Shown here in pieces: positions 1 to 14,530 of a stretch of DNA of 64,000 nucleotides. The notes below the pieces were generated by a model. The model worked only from the letters and a program-made list of their open reading frames with translations. It had not been told where the DNA came from and searched no databases. The stretch comes from the human T2T-CHM13v2.0 reference genome, Homo sapiens. Numbering within the stretch: the stretch's first letter is position 1; every line of letters starts with the position of its first letter. Where the stretch lies: the NCBI RefSeq assembly GCF_009914755.1, contig NC_060942.1. One strand, written 5' to 3'. A program made the translations under genes and the position numbers.

Positions 1-707
1 ATTTCTTTTACAAACTTCCTCATATCCCCCCATCTCCTTTTCATGTTTCCTGATTCGGTCTAAATTTGGAATGGTATAAAGACAAAAGAGGGAAAGCAAG
101 TATGTCTAATACTTGGATTGTATTTTGACAGATACCTGGGCTGTCTGTCTGGCTGCTACTTGGCTTCACTTCACAATATCCTCTGAAGAGTGACTCACCA
201 AGACCATCATTTTAAAAGATAAAATAGAATGTCTTCTTACATCGGAAGAAGGAAATGTTTGTCTCTCAAAGTTGCTTTCTATACGGGCAAAGTAGCTACA
301 TCTAGTGTTTGAAGTATCAGACAGGATTAGGAAATGAATAACTTTTTATCCATACAAGAGAGAATGTGATTGTGAACAGCTTCACAATGCTTGATTTTCA
401 GCAGTTTAAATGGAATCTAAATTGCATGCAATAAATCAGTGACATCTTTGATTCATTATAGATAATCAAGAGGAACCTCTTCTGTTTATTGGTGCCAACA
501 GATTCAGATCAAACACCATAATCTATCAAAAGAAGGGAATGGCTGCTAGTTGAGGAGGAGACAGCTTTAGGTAATGGGTCATTGCCACCATATGCCGGGT
601 GCTACTGGGTGCCAGGAACTTCGTTACTTGTTTCACAAGACCCTCATGTGATGGATAATACAGTCCTCCAAAACGCAGACACGAAGCAGAACAACTAGGT
701 TTGAGGC

Positions 708-855
708 ATGTGACATGGGAAGTAATTTACCTTCTCTGTGCTTCGGTTCCCCATCTATAAAACGAAGATGATAGTAATACATCCATGCTAGGCTTTAATA
801 GGACCTATCTCATTTAGAATAGGACCTGGCACATAGCTCTCACAATAAGTTACCT
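708..855 (+). mobile_element. MIR SINE fragment
   Basis: Core motif GTGAC...AAGTAATTTACCTTCTCTGTGCTTCGGTTCCCCATCTATAAAA and 3' CCTGGCACATAG resemble MIR consensus; boundaries approximate. Confidence 0.7.
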
Positions 856-864
856 GTCGCCACT

Positions 865-955
865 GCAGAAAAACAAACTGAGGTTCAGAGAGATTAAGTA
901 ACTTGCCAAGAACTACTGAGGCAGCAGGTAGCAGAGTTCAGATCCGAAGCCCAGC
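865..955 (-). mobile_element. MIR SINE fragment
   Basis: AAACTGAGGTTCAGAGAGATTAAGTAACTTGCC is the reverse-strand MIR core. Confidence 0.7.
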
Positions 956-2176
956 GTCATGAACTGTGTGACCCATGCTTGCTCCCTAAGGGCTCTGGTG
1001 CCTTTCCCATTCTCCCTTGTGAAAGCATGCAATGGGAACCCATGGACACAGAGTCCAGGGATTTTACTTTGGGGGTTTGGGGGAGTTTATTGGTTGGGGG
1101 TTGCCTTTTTTTTTTCCAAAAGATGTTCTAAATTATTATGAGTGGCATTGGACTGTCTTTTCTGCATAGAAATCTTGGTTTGGTTTGGTTTGGTTTGTTT
1201 TGACCAACGCCGGGCATTGACTAAAGAGTGAGCCATCACCTTGTCCAGGTCTTGGTGTTTGATGAGAGCAGATGGTGCCCTGTATTGGAAAGGCTGTGGA
1301 GAAAGTCATTCAGGTTGGCATTCTCTGGGGGTGGGACTGGAACCTGGGAACAGCCCCACCTTTTCCACTAGTCTACCAAAACCTGCCCTTTACTCTTCCT
1401 GCCCTTGACTGTAAGCACCACTGGTTCTGACCATAGAGAAGCAAGGTCTCCAAGGCAACCATTACAATGCCCATGACATTAACAGAGGTGTTTCCATTCC
1501 TTCCCTTTGCAGGTCAGTCCCATTGATTTATTTATTCATCAAATATTTACTGGGCACTTCAGTGGCCAGCCAGATGCTACATTCTGTGAAGAAAGATACA
1601 AGAAAGGTGCAAAGAAAATATCAATTCAGTTCAACACACTCATACTGAACACCTGCTCTGCTCAGAGCAATAAGCAGAAGACAGGGGCATCAGAGTGAGT
1701 GAGCTCTGGAGGAACTCACATTAATGTGCCAGAGGAGCTATATCTGGAAGCAGGGCTAAGTCCTGTAAGAAATATTTTTCCAAAATGTTGCATGACTTTA
1801 TAAGAGGGAGAGATCATTTCTTATTGGAGAGATAATAGGGAGCAGGAACTGGAAATATAGTAGGTTCCTGGAGGAAGTAAAATGTGAGCTGGACCCCATG
1901 GACCCAACCAGCTAACTGTGACATTGTGGGTATTTGAGAGCCAACATAGGCCCCAGGCAACAGTGCAGGACAAACACTGGCCAAAAACCAGCAGTGCATG
2001 TATCTGTCCTGCACTTCATCAGTCAACCAATTTGTTGGCCACCTGCAATGTGCCAACATTCTTAGTTACTCAGGAGACAGCACTAAACAATATGCATTCC
2101 TTGACCTCATAAAGTTTCTTGAAACATAATCAGAGTTAACATTGCCTGAGTGCTTAAGAGTCAAGCACTGCCTAAC

Positions 2177-2640
<464 letters not shown>

Positions 2641-2704
2641 TTTGCAATCTGGTCCAAGCAACTGTGCACCCAAGTTCCACAGACACACATGGAGTGCTCT
2701 AGAG

Positions 2705-3018
2705 CAGTGATCCCAGCCTTTCTGGGACCAGGGATTGGTTTGGTGGAATATATTTTCTCCACAGATGGGGGGAGGGTTGTGGGAGGGGATGGTTTTGGGG
2801 ATGATACTGTTCATCAGGCATTAGTTAGATTCTCATAAGGAGCACGCAACCTAGATCCCTTGCATGTGCAGTTCACAATAGTGTTCAAGCTGCTATGAGA
2901 ATCTGATGCCACGGCTGATCTGACAGGAGGTGGAGCCCAGGGGGTAACGCTCATTGGCTCACTGTTCACCTCCTGCTGTGCAGCCTGGTTCTTAACAGGG
3001 CCCAGACTGGTACCGGTC
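2705..3018 (+). mobile_element. MER1B hAT-Charlie MITE (3' end missing)
   Basis: CATCAGGCATTAGTTAGATTCTCATAAGGAGCACGCAACCTAGATCCC and GCTGATCTGACAGGAGGTGGAGC are MER1B hallmarks. Confidence 0.85.
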
Positions 3019-4620
3019 TACTTACTCTTCAGAGCCCTTCTCAGGTGTTATTTCTTCCATAAACCTTCTTTGACCCCCATGGAGTCAGGGATGCCCGTGA
3101 CCTTTCTACTGTTAAAATAGACAGATGATCCTGGAATCATGTGTTTACTTGTTTGCCTCATCCATTAGAGACTAGAGTGTCTGATTTACTCTGAATTATT
3201 GGCATCCAGCATGGGATTTTGTACAGAGTAGATTCTTAACCAAAATGTATTGAATTGTTGTTTCCTATTTGGGGAAATGTCTCCTTAAGAAACTTACAAT
3301 GTGTTTGGAGTTTATTCCCTTTAGCAGTTACCACCTCGCCCCTTGAGTGAGAGAAGACCAGGTAAGTAAATTTCAGATGAAAGCTTGGGCAACAGCTGCA
3401 GGAGGAACCACGAGAGCTGAGCATCTGGGACCAGACAGGCAGGCAGACAGACTTGAGCAGAGAAGACCACCAAGATACGAGTGGGTGAAGGAGCACTTGA
3501 GGGTGCCCTCCTGGGAAGAAAGTTCAAAGGAAGCATGTGTTCTAACCATTTACCTGTAACTCCACTCACAACCTTGGAAAGAGTGACAAATCCTTCCTTC
3601 TCCCTTTGGCAGCAGGATGCTTGCTTGCACAAGTCCTTAGCGGGGGTAGAAATCACGGGACAGGCGCAGTCCTATCTAGAAATCAGGAAACTGAGCTCTC
3701 ATCCTGCTCTGCTACTGTTTTAAGTTAATGTTTAAAATTAGCGCAGGGCTACAGTAAAAAAACTAGGGCATCTAGAAATTCAAGGCCATGGTCTAGGATA
3801 AAAAAGAGCTTTTTGGGAAACATAATTCCAGTATAACCAGGTCTGTTCAATACAAGCAGCACTCCTAATGCAGCCTTTGACCACCCTGGGCCATATCCTT
3901 TTCTGAAGCCTTGTCTTCTAGATTTGGATTTATAAACAACATGTAACTTGTTTTTTTCTTCTTTTTGTCTAGCGGAAATTGAATACATTCACATTGATTA
4001 TGACTATATATTTAGAGGCGTTGCTACCATTTTATTTTGTGCATTCTGTTTGTCTCGATTTTCTAATTGCTAATTCAAAAAAATGCCTTTTTTTTTCTTT
4101 CTGGCCTTTTGCATTGTTTGAGAGTATTCTCCCTCCCCCACATTTTATTTTTGTCTCTCTATTACTTTGGTAATTATACATCCTAATTTCTATTCAGCTT
4201 TATCAGTCCTGAGAAAGCCTCAGTCATTAATTTTTCATGTATTGCCTCTCCCCCATTTCTCCCTTATCTGCCTCTGGAACTCCATTGAGACGGTAGTTAG
4301 ACTTGGTACTCACCCCTCGTGTCTCTTAACTGGGACCTAGAGCCCCCACGTGCTAAATACTAGTCATTACTCTCCCCGGGTAACGGCTTTCTCTCCATGT
4401 CTTTAGACTCCTGCTCTCCCCATACAAGCATGAGTGCAAACGAATTTAACTTTACAGAAGGAAGCTCATCAGGATTCTAGATGCCGTGGCAAGCCACTGA
4501 GGGAAGACAGGCCACCCCTGAGTTAGTGATACTGCTGCCATATGAGATGACTTCCCCTCACCTGTAGCGCTCTGCCTGTAGGTAGGGGACAGAAGCTGAG
4601 GGGTCTTTCCCACTGCTCCC

Positions 4621-4997
4621 TGCTACACTTTGAATGTGTCTCTCAAAGCTCATGTGTTGGAAACTTAATCCCCAATGCAGCAGCATAGGCAGCTGGGACC
4701 TTTAAGAGGTGGTTAGGTCATGAGGGTTCTGTCCTCGTGAATAGATTAATGCCATTTTGGGAGTGGGCTCCTGACAAAAGGTTGAGTTTGGATGTTCCCT
4801 CCTTCTCCCTCCTCTGCTCCTCCCTCTGCATCCCCATTCTCTCTCCCGCTTCTGCCATTAGATGATGCAGGTCTCACCAAATGTGGGCCTTGAACTTTTG
4901 GGACTCCCCTCCAGAACTGGGAGAAATAAATCTCTGTTCTTTATAAATTACCCAGTCTCAGGTATTCTGTTAGAGCAGCACAACACGAACTAAGACA
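4621..4997 (+). mobile_element. MST-type MaLR solo LTR
   Basis: TG...CA termini, AATAAA, ATAAATTACCCAGTCTCAGGTATTCTGTTA; 5-bp TSD CTCCC at 4616-4620 and 4998-5002. Confidence 0.88.
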
Positions 4998-5153
4998 CTC
5001 CCCCTCAGTAACGCTGAGTCCTGGGAAGCCAGTGCTCCTGGCCTGACTCCGTTACTATCATCATCCACTCACTCAGGTTTATTCAAACACTGGAAAGTTC
5101 ATCTCTACGGCTCCTCCTTTATCAGAGCGGGGCCAGTTTGTGGTCATCCTCCT

Positions 5154-5191
5154 GTCACGTGGGCATCAGTGAGTCACGTGGGCATCAGTGA
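5154..5191. repeat. Perfect 19-bp tandem duplication
   Basis: GTCACGTGGGCATCAGTGA x2. Confidence 0.95.
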
Positions 5192-5704
5192 GGTTGGATG
5201 TACATGGAGGCTCAAATTACAGAGTCTGCATCTGCCTTCCAGCAAGGATCCCAGTCTCTCCTGGGGTAGGGAGTCACTTCACCTACACATTTCCAAGGTT
5301 CTCAAAGGTGCGGCCTCATACCTCTGTCCAGGAGGCACCGCTCTAAGCTTAACATGAAGATTCCACCCCTCCTCTTCCTACTCCCAACACCAGAGACCCT
5401 GACACGCCTCTTGCCATCTCACTGACAGCAGCAGAGCTGGGAGCAGCAGCTGCAAAATGCCCACCTGCCTGGGCATGTGGCGATCTCCTGCCCTGCCAGC
5501 CCTCACGCAGGATGGTGGAGAGAAACCCATGGCACTGCCATGCGCTCCTTCAGACCAATGTGTCCCCAGCCCGGCGTTATAGCCCTTTGTTTCCACACAC
5601 GCTTATCAGGTACCCCAGACCCTGTGCCAACCCTCCGGCCTTCTTGGGGTGTGTCCTGAGACTCTTGCATCCCCCTCTGGGTTCTTTCCCAGGGCGCCTG
5701 TGAG

Positions 5705-5764
5705 CTTTTCCTGAAATATGACTTTTCCTGAAATGTGGCTTTTCCTGAAATGTGACTTTTCCTG
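5705..5764. repeat. 17-bp minisatellite, 3.5 copies
   Basis: Unit CTTTTCCTGAAAT(A/G)TG(A/G) read directly. Confidence 0.95.
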
Positions 5765-5845
5765 CGATTTTTATTTTATCTTTAAAAGTTCAGTGCTGTG
5801 CTAAAGTTCCAGTCCATTTTTTCCCAGGAGGTTTCACAGAATAGT

Positions 5846-6033
5846 ACAATTTTTCATCAATTCCAAAATATATTTTCATTTCCTATTTTCACTTGCTCGT
5901 GTCTCTGAAACCAGCATGCCTTAGTGTTGACAGTTTTTTACAATTGGAGTTGACAGGAACTTTTAAAATTACCAGTACATACAATAATGGCACCTTCTAG
6001 AATTGGTGGCATCTTGGAGTTAATAAAATACAG
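5846..6033. mobile_element. MER104-like TcMar MITE
   Basis: Decayed terminal inverted repeats TTTTCATCAATTCCAA / GCATCTTGGAGTTAATAAAATACAG and internal TCTCTGAAA. Confidence 0.5.
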
Positions 6034-6186
6034 CAACTTTGTAGATGGACAGAAGTGCCTGGGCTAACCGCAGCACCCGGTGTCACCAGTTCACAGAATC
6101 CGGACCCCAAAGGCACCCCAGCAAACATCCCCCTGCTCTGTCTGCCAGCGCCTGCCCCACTCACCGAGGACACTTGGGACTCCTAA

Positions 6187-6555
<369 letters not shown>

Positions 6556-6851
6556 TAGACTGTGTTACTGTTATTATTAAAGGCACTGAAGTGCCTGGAT
6601 TATAGAAAGGAGCAAAGGGACTCATATATGCCCAAAGCCCTGTCCCCATAAAGTCCCCAGCCAATGCCTCCCTGCTCTGTATGGCATCTCTTCCAGCCTT
6701 TGAGGAGTGCTGGTAAAAGAAGCTGTTCATCTAACCTATAGACAGTATTTCTGTAGTTAGTCCAATCCACAGACAGTATTTCTTTAGTAAGCCCTTTTTA
6801 GTAGGCTCTCAGTTTATTTTTCTCTAAGGTCAATTAAGATCTTGAACTACC

Positions 6852-7145
6852 GGCAGGATGTGGTGGCTCAGGCCTGTAATTCCAGCACTTTGGAAGATTG
6901 AGGTGAGAAGATTGCTTGAGGCCAGGGGTTCCAGGCCAGCCTGGGCAACATGGTGAGATGCTGTCTATACAATAAAAATTTTAAAACTAGCCAGGTGTGG
7001 CGGCGAATGCCTGTAGCCCCTGCTACTCAGTAGGTGTAGGCGGGAGGATTGCTTAAGCCAAGAGGTCGAGCTGGGATCATGCCACTGCACTCCAGCCTAG
7101 ACAACAGAATGAGACCCTGTAAAAAACAAAAACAAAAACAAAAAA
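6852..7145 (+). mobile_element. AluJ
   Basis: Dimeric Alu with J-type GATTGCTTGAGGCCAGG and GGAGGATTGCTT; (CAAAAA)n tail. Confidence 0.9.
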
Positions 7146-8393
7146 CCCTTCAACTGTCTATGCAAGCCAGCATGGCAGGCTGACACCCACAAAGAACTTG
7201 CCAAGGTTCTAGTACATTTGTGCAATGGTCAACGAATCTTACATAGTTTCTCCTTTTATATTTTAACAAGCATAACATATGGTTCACACTCAGATCTGCA
7301 CTGAACAAAGAACAATAATTGAAAAACAACCATAAGATTGTGGCAGTGCATATAAACACTGCACACTGTTTTAAAAATAATTTGGCCTCTAAAATGTTCT
7401 ATTTAGTCACCTTTAATCATACTTACCAACAGATTTGCTCTTCTTACTCACATCCATTTCCTTTTACTGCTTCCCTGAACTTGAAAAAAGACCTCCCTTC
7501 ACGGGCAGGATTGAGGATTGGATTTGGTCTGGGAGACCTCAGAACGGAGTTGTTCTCCATATAGCACTTGACTCATTCCAGCCATGATATCCCTATCCCA
7601 GCGGCAGCTGCAACCTGCTGTGTCCCACGTGCAGCTAAAGCCATCCTCATCTTCCCTGGACCACAGCCAATCTAAAAAGCTATGTAAGTCCATCTTAGGG
7701 GGCTGCACACTAATAATACTCCTGCCACGGTGCTCTGGTTCTAATAGTTGGTGCTCCATTTTACTCTCCTACCCCTATTTCCAGGGCTTGAGGTTCTGTT
7801 TCCTGAGCCCCAGCTCAGTGGCTGGGACTGCCCCGTCACCACAGACCTGCCTAGTGCCACTGGCTTTCCTGTTTTGCCTTCTTGAGTATTCCTCACTGTG
7901 TATTACGCTGCTGCTATTCTTCTCCTGGCTCATGGGACTCCTTTCCTGGGTCACTTACATCATCTAAATCCGCACTGCCCACACCTGGACACCATGTGCT
8001 TTGATTGCCACTGAATGTGCAGCTCCTTCTTGGATGCATGCTAGCCTGCTACACCAGTGCTTTTTTTGGTAGCAGCTGGAACTGGGTTTGTCCCTATGGT
8101 ACCTGTTCCTGGCCTTCTCATTTGGCTTTACAAGTAACTTACCATGCCCTGTTCATTCCAGAGGAAAGTCCCTGTTCCTAATGGTATTTCTTTGGCCTGG
8201 AATGCCCTCTCATCGCTCCTACACTCCTCCCTCCCTCAAGCTCAGCTCAAAATTTATTTCTTCTGTGAGTATTTCTTGCTCATTTCAGACTTCACAACTT
8301 TCAGTAGGAATTAAACAAATATTTGTTGAACAGATGGAGGTACAGTATGGGATAGACAAAGGGCAGCCAGGATACACTGAAGGCAAAAGGAGG

Positions 8394-8753
<360 letters not shown>

Positions 8754-9113
8754 TCAGGCAAAGTAGGACTGGAGTACTGAGGGCACCCAGTATCTCAAGT
8801 AGAGGGTTGGAGTGACCATAAAATCAGGAGAACTAATTACTGGAAAGAAGGGCACAGGGTTCTGACCATTTACTCAGAATCTTAGCAAGAAATCAGGCAT
8901 ACAAACCAAGATATCAGGTCAAAAAGGGACCAACAGCTCAACTAAGTTAACTCTCAACCTCATGAGTTCTTGGGCAAGGCCTTCTTACACTATGTTATCA
9001 GAATGAGGCAGTATTTGTCCTAAGAACTTAGAAAGTGTATGTTTGAAATATTGTGCATGGTTTTGCTCCTATAGTGCTATAAACTAGCGTTCTCACATTT
9101 TACTCTAAAGAAT

Positions 9114-9155
9114 AGTAGCTTCCTAAGATGACCCATATCATCTTAGGAAGCTACT
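9114..9155. repeat. Perfect 18-bp inverted repeat, 6-nt loop
   Basis: AGTAGCTTCCTAAGATGA-CCCATA-TCATCTTAGGAAGCTACT. Confidence 0.97.
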
Positions 9156-9609
9156 GTTTAATGATTAATTAATCAATTAATTTATCCTAAATTAATTGAG
9201 TTCCATGATTGAAAGATGTTTGAGAAATCTCACATGCTTAACAAATCGTTGGTGTTTGGGTGGACAGCCTGACTGATTCTGATATTATCTGGTGGTTAAA
9301 CAAAATGGCATTTAAGGTGCCTCTCAAAGATGAGGGTTCTTAGAGTCTGTAATTTAATGGTTTCTAGAATCTGGAATTTGGTTCCCATTCATGTCTTATG
9401 AGTTTTCAATGTCAGATATCAATTTGTGATCCAAAATGTTAGAAAAACTTAAACGTTTTATTACTTTGCTTGATTTTCAACTTCACGTGGTTCTTACTCT
9501 GTTTTTGAGAGTGCAAATTGATACAACCTCTCAGGAAAGCAATTTGGCAGTATCCAATAAAGCTGAAAATTCCCATAGCATGTTGCTACGGACTGAATTG
9601 TGCCCCCGC

Positions 9610-9661
9610 CACACACTCTCACACACTCTCTCACACACACACACTCTCTCACACACACACA

Positions 9662-9715
<54 letters not shown>
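9610..9715. repeat. Compound (CA)n/(CT)n microsatellite
   Basis: Alternating CA and CT runs, about 105 bp. Confidence 0.97.
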
Positions 9716-9717
<2 letters not shown>

Positions 9718-9849
9718 CATATGTTGAAGCCCTAAGCCCCTATGTGACTATATTTGGAGATAGGAACTTTAGGAGGTAATTAAGGTTAAATGAACTCATA
9801 AGGGTGGGACTCTAATCTGATAGACTGTGACCTTATAAGAAAAAAAGAA

Positions 9850-10148
9850 GACCAAGTGCTGGGCTCACAACTGTGATTCTAGCACTTTAGGAGGCCAAGG
9901 CAGGAGGATTTCTTGAGCCCAGGAGTTCCAGACGACCCTGGGCAACACATCTCTCCACCCCATCTCTACAGAAAATTTAAAAATTAGCTGGGTGTGGTGG
10001 CGCATGCCTATGGTCCTAGCTACTCAGGAGGCTGAGGTGGGAGGGTCACTTGAGCTCAGGAGGTGAAGGCTGCAGTGAGTAATGATCGCACCACCACACT
10101 CCAGCCTGCGTGACAGAGTGAGACCCTATCTCAAAATAAATAAATAAA
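9850..10148 (+). mobile_element. AluJ
   Basis: GGAGGATTTCTTGAGCCCAGGAG, GGCTGCAGTGAG; (TAAA)n tail. Confidence 0.88.
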
Positions 10149-10416
10149 TGGGAAAGAGATCTCTCTCTCTGTCTCTCTCTGTATTTCCCTCTTTCCCCCT
10201 ACTATGTCAGGACGCAGCCAGAAGGCATCATTCTGCAAGCCAGGCGTAGGACCTCCATCAGCCATGCTGACACTCTTACCTCAGAATTCCAGCCTCTAGA
10301 ATTGTGAGAAAATAAATTTCTGTTGTTTAAGCTATTATAGCTGTCTATGGTATTTTTAAATGGCAGCTCCAGAGGTTTAAGACACCTATAATCTAAGATA
10401 TCGGAAGATCAACTTT

Positions 10417-10791
<375 letters not shown>

Positions 10792-11179
10792 TCACCTAAA
10801 TATTCATAAATAGGAGAATAAAGAAATAAATTGTCCTACACTGATACAGTGAATACTATAAAACAGTTAAAAACAAATGACTCATCTACTAATCTGCAGT
10901 TGCCAATATCTCAAAATTTTAATATGGGGTGGAAAAGGCCAAGTTGCATGTTGATGTGTCAAATATGACAGCATTTGTATAAACTTTCAAACACAAAGCA
11001 TTTTAATTTCTGTAAATATGCATGTGAAGCAGAAGTATTAAAATGTGTTGGAAAGAATATTCACCACCTCCAAAATAGTGGTTGACTCTGGATGGGAGGG
11101 AAAAAAAGAAGAGTGGGGGTATAAAAAGGACCCTCAATTGTATTTTGTTTGCTACCTGTAGGTGGGTTAGTCCATCTCC

Positions 11180-13540
11180 ATTTTTCCTGTCATTCACTCT
11201 GAGCTCAGTGCAGTCTGTATTTTGCCCCAACCACAACACCAAAGCATATCTTGCCAAGACACCAACAACTTCCACAGTGACACTACACTGTCCATATTTT
11301 ACTTGACTTCAGCAGGATTAGCCCTTCCTTTCTTCTCGATATTATCCCCTTACTTGGCTTCTGAAGACACCTGGCTCCTTTTCAGGTTTCTGTGTTACCT
11401 CCTTCTAGGTCAATAACAGAATGAATGCCCAGTGATTATTCCTGGGCATCTTACATTCTGGCATCTCTCTCCTGGTATTATCATCCCATCTAGATATTAA
11501 TAACTCCCAAATTCAAATCTCTAGCACCGATTCCTTTCCTTGAGCTCTTGGCTCATATCTAAATGTCAACTTGACATTCGGACTTGGATGTCTACTAATT
11601 ATCGCAGACATAATATGTTCCAGACTGAACTTCATGATCTCTTCCCATCCCCAAACATTCTTATGTGCCAGTCTTCATTATAAGTGGCTCTACATTCATT
11701 CAATTTCCCAAGTCCACATTCTAGGAGTCATACCTAATTCCTCTCTTTAGCTCCCTCTGCATCAATTATCACCAAGTCCTGTTGGCGCTACCCTGAACTT
11801 ACCCCATCTCCACAATTTCTTGCCTGGATTGATGTATTTGCCAATCCTCCATTTGCTATCTCTGCTTTCACTCTCTCTTGCCATTTTCCACAAGTAGCTT
11901 AAGGGATCTTTTTTCTTTGTATCTGTTTTTTGTATCTAAAGGTTTCATAATAATATGTTGTATGTAAAAATAACAACCAAAAAAATCCCAGTCTATACCC
12001 ATATACCCACTATATGCAACTTAATTAAAACAACATTGCAAACATTGGTGAAAGCTCTCAATATGTCTCCCTAATTAGGTCCCCTTTCTTCCCCATGAAA
12101 GGTAAGCATTAATCTGTATTTTGGTTTGTCATTTTCATGCATTTTTATACATTTTTATCCTTGTTCTTGATTTCTAAGCAATACATACAATGCTTGGGAG
12201 TTTTAAATTATATTTATGGGTATCATACTAGGTGTTTTTTCTACAACTTTCTTTCATTCCACAGTATGCTTGTGAAATTGATCTACTTTGATACCTCTGA
12301 CTCTTATTCATCAATTTCTCACTGCTGTATAGTATCCTAAATATAGAAAATAATTTATTTTCCCATTGATACTTTCTTTTTTGTTATTACAAACAATGCT
12401 ATTATGAACATATTTGAGGTGTTTCCTTGCATACATATACAGTACTTTATTTAAGATATGTATTCAGTGGTAGGATTTCTGGGTTGAAAAGAATAAGCGT
12501 CTTCAACTTTTCTTGGTATTTTATACCACTCTCCACGATATCGTTTACCACTCTAACCCCCACCAGCAGTGTGTAAGTACCGATTTCTCTACATCTTTTC
12601 CAGCATGTTATACGGTAGGTCTATTGACTTTTACCAATCTGATGGGAATGAAAGAGTATCTTTTGGCTTTTAAAATCTGCATGTCCCTGAACACCGGTCC
12701 CCTTGAGCATCTTTTTCATGTGAATTGACTTCCATTTTCCTATTGATATATTTAACCCACTTTTCTATTGAATTTTTTCCTTCTTCTTGATTTGTAGGAA
12801 TTTTTATATTTATTCTAGATACTAACCATTGGTTGGTTTTATGATTGCTTGTCTCTTCCCTTTTTAAATCTTATTTTTTGGTAGAAGTTTTTATTTTAAC
12901 AATAAAAAGTATGATTTATGAATCTTCTCCTTTGCAGTTTGCTTTCTATGTCTTGTTTAAGAAATCTTGCCCTACTCTGACCTTCCAGCAATGTAAATCA
13001 GACAACATCTGTGTTCTGCTTAAAATCCTCCAATGACTACCTTTGCCTGAAAATAAAATCCAATTTCCTTCCTTGCCTGCGTCTCTGACCTCACGGTGAC
13101 ACTGCCTCCCTCGCTTGCTATGTGCCCACCTTCTCTTCATTCCTCAAACACACCAAGCTCATTCCCAGTGCTCAGGGTCTCCCTGTTTCCTGCTGCCTTG
13201 ATTGATCTTTGCTGATTAGGCGCATGGCTGGTGTCGTCTTGTCACTTTGGTCTCAGCTCGAAGATCACCTCAGAGCGACCTCCTTTGACCTAAGTATCCC
13301 AAGCTCCTCCCTCCATCATTTTCTAGAACGTCACCCCCACTTTCTATTCTCTGCAACCCCATGGCTGTATGGGATCCTCGTGTGTGTTCATCTGCTCTCA
13401 CTCTATCATCGCTACTGATGTGCAAGCATCTTCGAAGCAAGGGCCCTCACCTTCCTGCTCCCTCTGTACCTTCAGCTGTGGAGCAGTCATTAATGCACAA
13501 AAATGCACACAATCGCTATCTGTTGAATGAATAAATAGAG
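11180..13540 (+). mobile_element. L2 LINE 3' portion, split by an old L1
   Basis: CT-rich L2 motifs (CTCCCAAATTCAAATCTCTAGC, ACTTGGATGTCT, CTTAAAATCCTCCAATG) ending in TGTTGAATGAATAAAT. Confidence 0.6.
11910..12978 (-). mobile_element. Old L1M (L1ME-like) fragment
   Basis: TTGTTATTACAAACAATGCTATTATGAACAT, CCCCACCAGCAGTGTGTAAG, GTCTTGTTTAAGAAATCTTGCCCTAC typical of antisense L1M 3' region. Confidence 0.7.
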
Positions 13541-13759
13541 AGCACGTATGGGGACCTCGTCCCAAGATGATGAGAAGGCAGCTGTCTGCAAAAGTCTGTA
13601 AAGATCACAGAGGTGAGATACTGAGCAAGAGACCCAAGACATGTGTCCTTCTTGTTTCTAAAGAGAATACCAGAGTAAAATGGAACCAAAACAATCAAAA
13701 ATATAATAGATTTTTAAAGAAAAAGTGTTTCTGAAGGAAAGCTGAGTCTTCCCTCAACC

Positions 13760-14530
<771 letters not shown>

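Larger units (their letters stand above)
9584..10384 (+). mobile_element. MLT1A/B-type MaLR LTR containing a microsatellite and an AluJ
   Basis: TGCTACGGACTGAATTGTG...CATATGTTGAAGCCCTAA...GGTTAAATGA...TTCCAGCCTCTAGAATTGTGAGAAAATAAATTTCTGTTGTTTAAG. Confidence 0.85.

Noticed and set aside
5705-5764. Short direct repeats as CRISPR-like array
   Set aside because: Head-to-tail units without unique spacers in eukaryotic DNA
9436-9735. His/Thr and Cys/Val repeat ORFs
   Set aside because: Translations of the CA/CT microsatellite
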